64,000 bases of DNA from the human T2T-CHM13v2.0 reference genome, Homo sapiens. Below, piece by piece: positions 13,365 to 26,270 of this stretch (the stretch's first letter is position 1; each line of letters opens with the position of its first letter). A program made the translations under genes and the position numbers. The stretch is from NCBI RefSeq assembly GCF_009914755.1, contig NC_060931.1; one strand, given 5' to 3'. Under the pieces are notes generated by a model. The model did no database searches, had not been told where the DNA came from, and was given only the letters and a program-made list of their open reading frames with translations.

Positions 13365-13538
13365 CAGGGGTCTCAGTCCTGGGTTCACATTAGAATCACT
13401 TTTAAAAAAATGACGCCCAGGTCCCACTGTGGAGCATTTAAATCAAAATCACTTATGTGAAACCTGGGCAATTGCATTAATTAAAAAAAAAAATTTCTCT
13501 AGACAATTCTAATGTGCTTCCAGTGTTGAGATCCACTG
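13365..13538. mobile_element. hAT-Charlie MITE (MER5-family)
   Basis: caggggtctca ... cacattagaatcac ... ttctaatgtgc ... ttgagatccactg imperfect terminal inverted repeats. Confidence 0.75.
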
Positions 13539-16499
13539 AATACTGCTGTAGCAAAGGTTTCTCAAAGGTTTCCAGGTTGGTTACAGATGTTATAACAGAG
13601 ACACCCTTGTCTTTTGGTGGCACTGATGTCCTCTCTTTATACTTCTCATTTGCGTACTGCACTGTTCGGCTGGGTTCTTGTGGTATTTAGTCACTGATGA
13701 AATCAACTGTATTTATTTGCAGAACATTCCTGTTTTGAAAGTTTGTCTATTTGCTGCCGGTCCATACAAATTCACCAAAAAGGTTTCAGCCAAATAATTC
13801 TTTCCCAGGTGTATCTAGTGAAAGAAAAGTAAATTCTGACAGTAGAAAATTTTCATTAGAATATAATTTTCAAAAAAAATTATTATTAGTTATTTGCCCT
13901 AAGAAATGGTTAAATATATATATATATGTTTTTAAATGAAAATTAATAACTTTTATATACAACACATCCATATATTATTGCTATTTAGGGGATCACTATT
14001 TCAGCTTGTTCTCATGCAGATAACTTTTACCCTCCTGCAGATTTTGTAGTCAATAAAAAATACAGCTGAAATTTTAAACTTCTATGACCTCTGGAAGCCT
14101 TTTGAGTGCTGCCTGGAACTTTTGTCTTTGGTCCTCAGTTGGCCTTGGCAGTATAAGGGCTGGGAGAAAAACATTTCTCAATTGCCTGCCTGCAAAATAT
14201 CAGAAAATATTACGAGACCAGTCAGCATTGCCAAATTCTTTCTTCTTTCTTTGTCTAGTCTCCCAAAGGAAATATTGGATTCCTTCCTCCTTTTTCCTTT
14301 GCACACAGGAAAACTGAAGCTGCAAAGTTTAAGACAGAATTTCCCTGCCTATGTAGTCTGCCTATGTAGTCTGTTCATCAGAGTATTCAGTCCATGAAAG
14401 TCTGTAACAGAGGAAGCAAAGTACCCACTCTCTCTTCTCTCTGTGACATCTGTTCAGTTTTCTTACCTATTCTTTGTGACCAGTCCAACAACTACATCTA
14501 ATAAAATAATTGCTAGCAGTTTATTTAAAGTGTCCAAAACTAACAACTCTCTGGTTGCCTTAAAAGTTATTAAGCTTCCTTCCCTTCCTTTCTGAACCTT
14601 TTTAGTATAATTTGAACAAAGGACCTTCTAGGTATTATAAAGTCTTACAAATATTGGAAATTTTGTTGAGAACTCATCACTGACATAAAGGCATGGACAT
14701 TATACTTCATTTAAATAAAACAGGTATAAATAGTGAAATTTCTATGTCAAGAATTATATAAAAGTCTAGATATCTATGAATTAATGCAGACATGTATATT
14801 GTGGTGAGCTTTAAAATTATGATAAAATAATAGAGATTATGGTGTTTATGGTAACTTTTACAGCCTTCTTGTCAAAATGCTCTCTTAATTCAGGTATACA
14901 AGCTGATGCAGAAACAACATATATTAATGGTGAGGGGATTAAAACATCTGCATATTGGTTAGGAGTCCATTTTTTTTTCCTAAATAGAGACAATCTAAAA
15001 TCTGAAAGAAATGTCTTGCTTTACTGTGACTTCCATACTTCAGTAGTTGAGGAAGTAATGAATGGAATTGCTATTATGGATTTATTTCTCATGGACAAGA
15101 GCAAATTAATTGGTGAAATTAAAGCCAAAAGAAATTGTCAGAGAGAATGAGCAGCCTGTTTTATTTTGCATATTAATTATTACATTTTGCCAAAGGAATT
15201 TTGAAACAGAAAAGGCACACATAAAATTTCAGGTCCAGATACTCTAAAAGAGAAAATAACTCAAAATAAATGGAATGGTCTAGAAATAAATGACACTGTA
15301 ATTAAAAACAATCTTGACGAAGAAGAAAAAGAAGCTCCTACAGACACAAAAATTAATTTGAAAACAGCTTCATCTGAGTTGATATCACAGTGCAGTCCTC
15401 TAAAATCAGCCTCCCAGTGGTTGGCTGCAAAAGCCATTATTATGATGCATTCATGTATTAAAGAGATACACATAAAAATCAAGATGGGAAGAACACAGAC
15501 AAAAATAATACAAAAGAATGGAATGTTGGAATAATTAGAATAGTATTTGGAAGGGAATACACCTAAATGAGCCATGATGTGTTGACAAAAAAAAAGAAAG
15601 CCAAGAGTGTGGCAGAAATAACCTTAAGCCTTTATTTGAAGAAAGAGCACAAGGAAAACCTAGAGCTCTTCCCTTTAGAATATGCTATAATATTAACCAA
15701 GTACCAGAGGGAGACAGAACTCTGATAATATTGTTTTTCTTCTACATTTTTCTATGAAGAATACTGTAAACTAGAAAAGGCAGAGTAATAATTGATGCCC
15801 AAAAAGGGGAAGTTAGCATAGAAGAGTCTTGGTGATTTCAATCACTGGCTCCTAAATGTTTGTCTTCTGCAAATTTTTTTTTTTAATTAGTGAGTTTACT
15901 TTACAAAACCATTTTCAATTTAAAAGAATGCGTTTTATTCTGATATTGTTTTATTCATTTGTTTGTATAGGTTTCACATATTCTTTGTCTTATTTGCTTC
16001 ATTTTTAATAAAATTGTCGTGATGGCAGATGTAAATTAATTGTAATATCTTTATATGGTGAACTTAAAAGTCAATGATGTTATGTTAGTTCCTATTTTTA
16101 AGTTTTATTGATTCATAAAATCCAAATCCTGAGGGTCACTAAGGTTTTCTTTTTCAATTTTTAAGATTCCTTTGAATAAGGAGTAGGTGAACATGATACT
16201 AAATAGAAAAGGTACATAAAGTCACACAGTATTTTGCCTGCCCTTGTCTCCTAGCCTCTTGTCCTCTCCGTTTCTCTTCAGAAAGGCAACCATTGTAAAT
16301 CATTTTGTACAATATTCTATACAAATTCTGAAATTTACTTAAAAATATCTGTGTTTTTAATACAAACCGTAATACACAGTGAGTCTATAAGTATAACTTG
16401 CCTTTTTTTTTTTACATAGTACTATATATATCCCAGGACATGGGGACCATTATTTTAACTTTCTTTTTAGTTGAAATTAAATCTAGATATTAAAATAAT

Positions 16500-17250
16500 G
16501 TATTGATGTGTCTATGGAATCAGTGTCAAAAATTCTTGAGAAATTCTTTAGGATAAAAATGGTGTCATAATACAGGAAAGGTGAAAATGTTGACACTATA
16601 TTTACAAGGCAGGAAAAGAATGCTTTAAAACTTAAATACTGGTGAGCTTGGTATAATTCCAAGCAAACTGTTTACACTGATCGTTTAGGGACATATTGAA
16701 AAATAGGATGTGATGATCTAGGAACAATAATGATTCACAAGAAAAAAATTCAATGCAAACCTCATCAAGCTCTCCAAACTAATATAATAGAAGAATGTCA
16801 TGGATCTTGTACATTTTGATTGCAACTAGCCATCTGATAATGTGTTTCAGGATTCCTGCATGGATAGCACTGTGGAAGGCAGGGAGGATAAAGGGCAGCT
16901 CAAACCTGATTGAGCAATTTTATCCAGAGAAGATTAATTAGTTACTTCTCAGAGGAACTTCAAAAGCTGCCCTATCCAATTAGAGTGCTGCAAGGGCTTA
17001 TCAATTAGCATTTTATCAATACATTGATGATAAAGTGGGCGTGATTTTCAAATGTGTGAATAATCTACATAGGGGAGAGAAAATGAATGTTACTGTATTT
17101 GAGTCAAAATTCAAAAAGATCTTAACATTATGGAAAAATAAACAAATTAAAACAAAATTTAACCTTAAAGAAGTCCAAAATATTGACTAACCAAGTAGAG
17201 GAAAGTAGATCTGACTTAATAATTCTCATAAAGAAAAGTTGAGTATTTTG
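16500..17250 (+). mobile_element. L3/CR1 LINE fossil, reverse-transcriptase region
   Basis: Degenerate DNA equivalents of CR1 RT motifs (YRPVSLT-IPGK near 16635, DVIYLDFSKAFD near 16800, FINDLD..KFADD..IQKDL near 17010-17125). Confidence 0.7.
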
Positions 17251-17734
17251 TTAAGTTGATTGCAAATACACTCTTCTTAACACACATTAGGCCCTTCCAA
17301 CTTGAGGACTGTAATTTTATTTGGATCTAGAAATGTTTTCATTTTTTTCTTTTATTATTTCCTTCCTTATATTATTTCTGTTCTCTCTTTCTGTAATTAC
17401 TATTAGACTTTTTGCTCTAGCCCTCTACCTTTCTGTGACTTTGCACCTTTTCATTCCTGTGTCCATGGTATGAGTTGTCAGCTCCACTGAAACTACAATT
17501 AGGGTCTGAGTAATCTGTGACATTCTTTATCTTCTAATATGATTCCATATATTTCTGTCTTTTTAGAATTTCTGTAAAATTCTGGAAGTACTGTTAGGTT
17601 TCTAGTTCTGGTGTTGATTTTTTTTTTTACTCATTCACACTTCATACACAAAACCACACAATTAGGTCAAATGATGGGAATTTGAGAATAAGAAAGTGGA
17701 CATTGTGTTCACTGCTTTATCTTTTAACACTTAA

Positions 17735-17939
17735 ATTTTAATTGAAAAACAATGATTGTATGTATTTATGTCATATACAATGTGTTGTTCTGATATACGT
17801 ATATATGGTGAAATGCTTAGCGTATTCACCACCTCACATACTTATTTTTTCTGCAACAGATCTACAAAACTATTCCTCCTAACTGGAAATTTGTACCCTT
17901 GACCATCTCTCTGTTCCCCATCCCACTGCCACAGCCTCT
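17735..17939 (-). mobile_element. L1MA-type 3' end (sense portion of an inverted insertion)
   Basis: tttttaattga...attgtatgtatttatg...cacctcacatacttattttt...aactggaaatttgtacccttgacca. Confidence 0.75.
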
Positions 17940-18562
17940 CAAATGACTGATAAGTATATGAAAAAATGCTCGACATTCTTAATCAGCAGGGAAATGCAAA
18001 TTAAAACCCCAATAAGATATCATCTGATACTTGCTAGAATGCCTGTTATAAAATAAAAAAGATAACAACTACTGCTGAGGGTGTAGAACAAAGGGAACCC
18101 TTGTATGCTGTTGGTGGGAGTGTAAATAAGTACAGTCACTCAAGAAAACAGTACGGAGGTTCCTCAAAAAACTAAAAATGCAATTACCATATGATCCAGC
18201 AACCCCACTTCTGGGTGTATATCCAAAGGAACTAATATCAGTATGTTGAAGAGATATCTGCACTCCAATGTTCATTTTAGTATTATTCACAACAGCCAAG
18301 ACATGGTAACAACCCAAAGGTCTATTGGCAGATGAATGGATAAATAAAATGTGATATATATTGTATATACCATATGTATATATTTTATTATATATATTGT
18401 ATTATCATAAATATATATATATATATATATATACAGACAATAAATCACTATCTAGCCTTAAAAAACAAATACATTTTGTCATGTGCTGCAATATGGATGA
18501 AACTGGAGGACATTATGCGGAGTGAAATAAGCCAGGCACAAAAACACAAACACTGCACTATC
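17940..18562 (+). mobile_element. L1MA ORF2 C-terminus/3'UTR segment, inverted relative to the adjacent 3' end
   Basis: tatatgaaaaaatgctc...gggaaatgcaaattaaaacc...ccatatgatccagcaaccccacttctggg...ctggaggacattatg. Confidence 0.85.
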
Positions 18563-18599
18563 TTGTCCCAATATCCATGAACATAAATCAGTTAACACC

Positions 18600-18955
18600 T
18601 AATCTGTGATGTGATCATATGAGCATTAAAAGAAAGAGTATGCTCAGGGAAAGAGCAGTAATAGTTTCACTCATCAGAGCCTGTGTGAATACTGTATTCA
18701 GTTCTATGCATAATAATATAGAAACTAAATCACATGAAGAATCCTTTAAGGAAGTAGAGAAATTTTGCTTGGAAAGAAGCAAGGATAGTCATCTTCAATT
18801 ACTTGAGGGGCATTATGTAGAAGTTAAACATATCTTAAATAGCTGCAGGACACACACCTAGGATTAATGTTTTTAAAAAGACAACATGGTGAAATTCATA
18901 TTGGAAAAAAAATAACTTGTTAATAATTAGACTTACACAAAGTTAGAATGATAAT
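18600..18955 (+). mobile_element. L3/CR1 fossil, ORF2 C-terminal region
   Basis: ORF 18619-18861 (IKRKSMLRERAVIVSL...ETKSHEESFKEVEKFCLERS) resembles CR1 'IKRSIVSRSREVIVPLY...ETxSYEERLKELxxFSLEKRR'. Confidence 0.7.
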
Positions 18956-19517
18956 GGTACCAATAAATTTCCAACCCCAAGTTTTCTGTTTCTTTGGGTT
19001 CCATATATTCTATCTGGCATTAGATTAAAGTTTGCTCTTTTTAAAATTTGGATTCACCTGATTCCCGGTTATCTTCCTGATTTGACCCACTACTTTGCCT
19101 TGATCTCTGATTTTTATGTCTCCAAATTCTTGACTGCTTATTCAAATTTCACCTGTATCTTGCTTACCTCTAGATCCTGAAAGCATCCCAGGATTTTCCA
19201 CATAATTCCCAAACTTCACCTCCAAATCTCCTTCCAAGTTCTGTGTTGTTTTGGCTGGGCCTTGCACACATTCTTGTCTTCTGATCAATGCTTGGTTCCA
19301 ACAAGTGTTTCATTATCACACTCCCTTATTCTAAGGGCCTTCTAACTGGGTTCTGCCACCTTTCCAACGTCCTTCTGTTTTAGGCCTCCTCATTTTTCAT
19401 AGGTTAACATATACCTTCTCGGCATATTAGTCTGCCAAAAATGCTGCTTTCATTATTGCTTATCATTTTAACATTATTGTTTCAAAACCAATATTTCCCA
19501 CTGGCTATGGGATGAAG

Positions 19518-19880
19518 TGCAGATTAGTCAGCTGGGACTGCCATAACAAAATACTATAGACTGGGTGGTTTCAATAACATATATTTACTTTCTCACAGTC
19601 CGGTAGCTGGGAAGTCCAAGATCATGGTTTAGGCCAATTCAGTTCCTGGTGAGGGCTCGTCCTGGCTTGTAGAAGGCTGGCTTCTCACTGTATACTTGCA
19701 TGGAAGAGTTCTTTAGTGTCTCTCCTTATAAGGGCACTAATCCCATCATGAAGCTTCCCTCTCATGATCTCATCTAACCCTAATTACATTCCAAATGCCC
19801 CATCTCAGATATCATCTCTTAGGTGTTAGGGCTTCAACATAAAAATTTGGGAGGTGGATGTAAACATTCAGTCCATAAGA
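19518..19880 (-). mobile_element. MaLR LTR (MLT1A-like)
   Basis: ctgccataacaaaatactatagactgggtgg...aagtccaagatc...ataagggcactaatcccatcatga...cattcagtccataa. Confidence 0.85.
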
Positions 19881-21043
19881 AAATGTGCCTGTATGATGGT
19901 CTAGTTCCACCTGTATTTCTAGCTTTATATCTTGGTCCTTATCTCTTTATCTCTTTTTGTCTCTATCTCTTTATCTTTTATCTCCCTTACCTAATCCTTC
20001 TTCTTCAACAAAATCTGTTTATTCACACTTTATTTATGATAGTCTTTTTGCCTTCATGACTTCCTTCCAAGATATACCCGTCCAATTTATTCAAATACTA
20101 CCCATCTTTAGCTTATTACATTTCTTCTATTATTCTTTGAAACTGTTGTAATCCCATATTTTACTTGAGTTTTCACAGGAGTGCATGAAGTGGTGGTGGC
20201 TGTGTTAATTCTTTTACAACCACATTGTAATTTTTCTGAATGTAGGGACCATGTCTTGGACTTCTTTATACTGAGCACGTAGGTCTATAAAAGATAATTG
20301 CTTGCTTGAATCACCTTCAGTTCATTCATGCAACAACATTTAATGAGCAATTACTTTGTGCTAGCAGGTTAAATATAATACTTCTGAAAAAAAAGTTTTT
20401 CAAAATTATTTACTCTTCCTAAAACTTACATGTCAATACCTTAGAGAAAAAAGGCCATTTCTCTTTTCACCTCTCTTTTTGTAACTTTGCACAGTTAAAC
20501 TCTGTCTCACTCACCTGGCTCACTAGTGACTCAGAGATTTTGCTTGGGTCCCAAATCTAAGATCACCATTTTTCCTTCAGTTCCATTGAGAAACCATGAG
20601 ATGGGGTGAATCAATGTCCTTTTTAACTTTTCCAAATTTCAAAACATCTGAAGAAAATACTTGACACAATTGAACAAAATAAATTAATTACTCCTCTTCT
20701 CCATCCTCTTAGTCCATTATCTGGCAATAATAAACACTGAATAAATAGTTTGAACATTGAATGAAATATTCTCAAGCCAATTGCTGAAATCTGGCAGCAC
20801 AGAAACTTGGAAACATTAGAATTAGAACCAGAATTCAGATCTCAGAGATCATCTAGATCAATTTGTTCATTTTCTAGATGATGGAATGAAAGCATATAGA
20901 AGCTAAAATAGTTGTCCTCAAGTAACACAGAAAGCAGTCAGCCTGGACTAGAACTCAGCTTCACTGTACCCCATTTCTGCAGTCTTTTAACTCCATCCTA
21001 CAATTTAGACCACACTAGTTCAGTAAGTTTAAAGACTTGCTGG

Positions 21044-21419
<376 letters not shown>

Positions 21420-22384
21420 TTACTTAAAAAATAATAAAAGCACATGGTGATTCTGATCTTTCTTTCAAGAGTTTGGTAAAAATCTGCATGAGAACTAAAA
21501 GACAAATTTAAAAGCATCTTGTGTTCCTTCCAGGTTACAGAATCTTTTGATACTTATTCTTTCACCTTCACTACTCTCATCTGTATTTTTGGTGCTAATC
21601 TCTAAAGGGAGTAGGCAGCAGTAAATTCTCTGAGCTCTCTGTGGTTGAACTGAAATAACTATTTGAAAACTACTGCTTTGTTTACTTGATTCCATAAAGG
21701 GCAAAATGGTTTCACTGTCTGACTGTCTTGTTACTGATTGATCTGATATTTGGACATTACGTATACTGAGCCTTGGAGGAATAGAAAAGCAGCTGTTTTG
21801 GGCAATGTCAGTATGCCTTTTTTTTTTTCGTGGATTTTCTCCTAAAGTTCAGTAAAGGCCATCTTTCAGAATAACATAAATCTACCAACAGACAAAAACT
21901 AAAGGATTTATTTTCTTTATATGAGAGTAAAATCCTTATTTATTTCTTAAAAGTCTCTTTGACCCTTCTACCTTGAGGGAAATTTCTGGTATCTCTGTTC
22001 ATTTTAAGGCTGTTTCATCTGTCCTTCCTTGAATCTCTGTCTTGTTTTGTCCAACCTAGAGGATAGCAGCATATATTACTTTATATATCTTGTTTCCAGA
22101 ATCAATAGCCTGTCATACTTCCATTATTTATTCTCTCCTTCTGTCAGTGACACAATATAGTCTGCTGCTTGCCAAGAACTCTACTTTCCAGGCCAGTGAT
22201 TCCATTCCCTCTAGCGTTTTCTCAGATTTAATTTCTTATGAAAGAAAAAAAAAATATGGTTGATAGTTCTGTCAAATGAGAACTCAGGTTTGAATGAATT
22301 AGGTTGGATTTTGGAATATGCTTGTGACCAATGTCTGCATTGTTGATGAAGGTGGTAGTGGTGGTCATGGCAGTGGTAAGTAAT

Positions 22385-23395
22385 GATGGTGATGGTGTTA
22401 GGGATGCTGGCAGGTAATGATGGTGACGGTGTTAGGGATGGTGGCAGGTGACGATGGTGACGGTGTTAGGGATGGTGGCAGGTGACGATGGTGACGGTGT
22501 TAGGGATGGTGGCAGGTGACGATGGTGACGGTGTTAGGGATGGTGGCAGGTGACGATGGTGACGGTGTTAGGGATGGTGGCAGGTGACGATGGTGACGGT
22601 GTTAGGGATGGTGGCAGGTGACGATGGTGACGGTGTTAGGGATGGTGGCAGGTGACGATGGTGACGGTGTTAGGGATGGTGGCAGGTGACGATGGTGACG
22701 GTGTTAGGGATGGTGGCAGGTGACGATGGTGACGGTGTTAGGGATGGTGGCAGGTGACGATGGTGACGGTGTTAGGGATGGTGGCAGGTGATGATGGTGA
22801 CGGTGTTAGGGATGGTGGCAGGTGATGATGGTGACGGTGTTAGGGATGGTGGCAGGTGATGATGGTGACGGTGTTAGGGATGGTGGCGACGGTGTTAGGG
22901 ATGGTGGCAGGTGATGATGGTGACGGTGTTAGGGATGGTGGCAGGTGATGATGGTGACGGTGTTAGGGATGGTGGCAGGTGATGATGGTGACGGTGTTAG
23001 GGATGGTGGCAGGTGATGGTGACGGTGTTAGGGATGGTGGCAGGTGATGACGGTGACGGTGTTAGGGATGGTGGCAGGTGATGACGGTGACGGTGTTAGG
23101 GATGGTGGCAGGTGATGACGGTGACGGTGTTAGGGATGGTGGCAGGTGATGACGGTGACGGTGTTAGGGATGGTGGTAGGTGATGACGGTGACGGTGTTA
23201 GGGATGGTGGTAGGTGATGACGGTGACGGTGTTAGGGATGGTGGTAGGTGATGACGGTGACGGTGTTAGGGATGGTGGTAGGTGATGACGGTGATGGTGT
23301 TAGGGATGGTGGTAGGTGATGACGGTGACGGTGTTAGGGATGGTGGTAGGTGATGATGGTGATGGTGTTAGGGATGGTTGTAGGTAATGATGATG
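22385..23395. repeat. 34-bp minisatellite/VNTR, about 30 copies (GGTGACGATGGTGACGGTGTTAGGGATGGTGGCA)
   Basis: GTTAGGGA counted 30 times from 22397 to 23367 at 34-bp spacing, with one 21-bp and one 31-bp unit; embedded in degenerate (GAT/GGT)n flanks 22340-23490. Confidence 0.97.
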
Positions 23396-23829
23396 ATGGC
23401 AGGGATGATGGTAGGAATTGTTGTCGGTAATGATGGTGATGGTGGTGAAGATGGTAATGGAGTTGATGGTGGTGGGGATGGTAGGGGTGTCTATTTGTTG
23501 GTCAGAATGCATTTTCTTTTAAAGAGCCAAATGGTTCTTGGGATGATTTTATCCCACTGCAGAATAATAAAGAAAAATGTAATGATTATTTAACAGTCTA
23601 AAATAACAGCAAGTAATTTACAGACAGAATTATACTATTTGATTCTTAAGAATGGATAATAGTGAAATTGCCTTTCTTGAGAATAGAACATTTTGTAATA
23701 TTGTCACTTACACTTTTTGCCTTGGCTGCGGTCTCATATTTTTTGTGTATTTCTTGTATGTGAGAAGCAATCATAAATAAAATAAATAAAATTAGAGTGT
23801 CTTATGATTTATGTCACCTGAATTAATTA

Positions 23830-24750
23830 ATTTTATCAGAAAGTACTTACGATGCTTCTACCAAGCACTCATTACTGATTTGGGCACAGAGAGGGATATC
23901 ATGATCATTGTTTCCAGGTTGGTACAGTTTAAGTGAGAACATCTGATATTCATTTATCCTATAAATATTTACTGAATGCCTTCTATGTGCTGGATGCTGT
24001 GCTAAGCAGAGGAGACACAGTGCTTATCCCAAGTGCCAACTGACAACATAGAACTGCAAACTCAATTGCACAGAAGAAATCTGTTACAATGGAAATACAT
24101 AAAATGTATGAAAATTGGAGGAAATAGCATCTAAGTTTCAGGGTGGTCAGGGGACGCTTTACTTGGGAAGAGGGCATTTTAGCAAAGACTTGGAGGGAAA
24201 ATTTAAGTAGTGAGGCTTTCCAAGTAGAAGAAACAGAATACACAAAAACACAGAGGCTCGAATGCATATACCTCATTACAATAGCTGCAGCTAGTTCAGT
24301 GGGGCTGTATTATATTATTTAAGGAATAATGTAGTGTGGGAGAATACAGTACTGATTTGAGACTAGGCTTGGCAGCTGGGAAGATGTCATTGCATGAAAG
24401 TTCTTGTAGGCCATTCTACATTGGGATTTTATTCTCTGTTAAATAATTTTCAAGAGAAGAATTATATATTTAAATCCGTAAGTTACAAACATCACTGAGA
24501 GGTCAGAGTACAAGATAAATGTGAGCGAATGTGACTAAAGCCAGGGAGACCTGTTGGGTGGCCTTTGAAGGTGAGAACTGATGAGAACTGATAACTAATA
24601 TAGTGATGGTAGTAATGCAATGGTGGCAACTAATATATAGAATATAAAAGAAATAGTATGTTATGGGATAAAAAGGTTTAAAAATTATAGGAAGAGTTAA
24701 CAAGGGTTTCCAGGCTACTGGCTTACCACATGGCATGGAACAGTGCAAGA
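23830..24750 (-). mobile_element. L2 fragments
   Basis: aaatatttactgaatgccttctatgtgctggatgctgtgctaagc... and downstream L2-like tracts; boundaries approximate. Confidence 0.6.
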
Positions 24751-26039
24751 CAGTATATAATTAGTTGCTAAGTACTGCAATTTCAATAATAAGCAATTTA
24801 AAGCTCATAGGAGTGGACAATAATTGAAGATGACTCTTTGCAGAAAGTGTCAGGATGTAAGCTGGGGTATCAGAGAAAAGGTATACATCAGCCTATAAGA
24901 AACAGCAATTTTCCCAAGTGTCTTAGAATTCACTTTCTTGTTTCCTGTTTGTGTTCTGGAGTCAACTGACACACAGGGAAGACATTTTCCTCCCCTTATG
25001 AACTCTAAAAAAGTGGAGTAAATGGATTTAAACATGGTCCATAGCCTTTCCCAAATAAAGTTATATTTCTAATTGGAGAAATACATAAATTTTCTATCAC
25101 AGGCCCCAGTAGAGAAGGACAGGGGAAGGGAAAAAGAAGAAAGAAAATGAATTAATTGGTAATTATTTTCACAGAAAATGGGGAAGAATTCATAGAATAA
25201 GATTTTACTTTTTAGGTTGGAAATACTAATCTGCAATTTCCCCAATAAAACATAACAAAACCCAATGATAAAATCATCATATTGCCATTCTTAAATATTC
25301 AAACATCATGTTTTACTGCTTTCAAACAAGGTTTATAATATCAAAGGACAGATATTTGCCACTTTATTAAAGAGTGCTATAAGATTTCCATTTATTTTAT
25401 CTCTTCCTATTGCCTTCACTTTTGCAAGTTGGTGCAGTATTTGGAACAAAGCCAATAAGATTGTGCCCATTATAAAACAGCCAACTGATGTAAACCAAAC
25501 AAGAAAATAGAGTAGGGCAAATTATCACCTTCTCCACCCATACTGTGGCTACACCAGGATAATTCCAATACTCTCAAGGATGATGGTGTTCTCGTTCATA
25601 TTTTCAAGGAGAATGTATTCAGATATGTCTATGTGAAATATACATCCATGTCAGTGGGTGACACAGTGCTATGTTCAGATAAGGTATTATGATTACAGAG
25701 ACAGGAGAGGGATACTTCCAAAGAAGTTAAATTATAACTAGATCTTGAAGAATGGATAGAAATTGGCTAGTTAGAAAGAAGAAATGGTATATTATAAAAA
25801 ATGAGCCATGTATACAAAGCCTCAAGGTTGGGCTACGGGCTAAGCATGGAGTATATTTAGGGGAACTGCAGGCTGGATTTTAAACTAAATATTAAAGAAT
25901 TGTGGCCTATGAAGTATTGCATGACATAGAAGACTTCCAAATCAGAAATTTAGACATGAAATGATCTTAGGAAATTTTGAGTAGGAGATGGAGTTAGTGG
26001 CATTACTGATTTGTGGTGATAAAATATTAACATTATTAA

Positions 26040-26270
26040 TACTAATGAAATTAATATTAGCTGAAAGTTGGTACCTATTGTGCTAGATACTTAATAACTA
26101 ATTCAGTCCTGACAATACTCTATGATGTATGTAATATTATTATTATTATAACAATTTTCCAGATTTGCAAACCAAGAAATAAAGTGGCTAAGATACTTGT
26201 GCAAGTAACAGAAATAGAACATGAAAGAGCAGGCTTCTGAACTGGGCACAGCCTAGGTTCTTAAGTTCTG
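26040..26270 (-). mobile_element. MIR
   Basis: tcagtcctgacaatactctatga...ttttccagatttgcaaaccaag degenerate core. Confidence 0.55.

Noticed and set aside
14345-14373. 13-bp tandem duplication; similar 15-bp (50324-50361) and 17-bp (59510-59552) duplications
   Set aside because: Ordinary slippage duplications with no further structure.
19848-19866. TGGGAGGTGGATGT matches 14 nt of miR-30b-3p
   Set aside because: It lies at the end of an MLT1A LTR and has no partner arm; short chance match.
22385-23593. VNTR as a coding (mucin- or His/Thr-rich) repeat, interstitial telomere or CRISPR array
   Set aside because: The 34-bp unit is not a multiple of 3 and carries TAG/TAA, so stops rotate through all frames. 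TTAGGG is never tandem, and there are no unique spacers.
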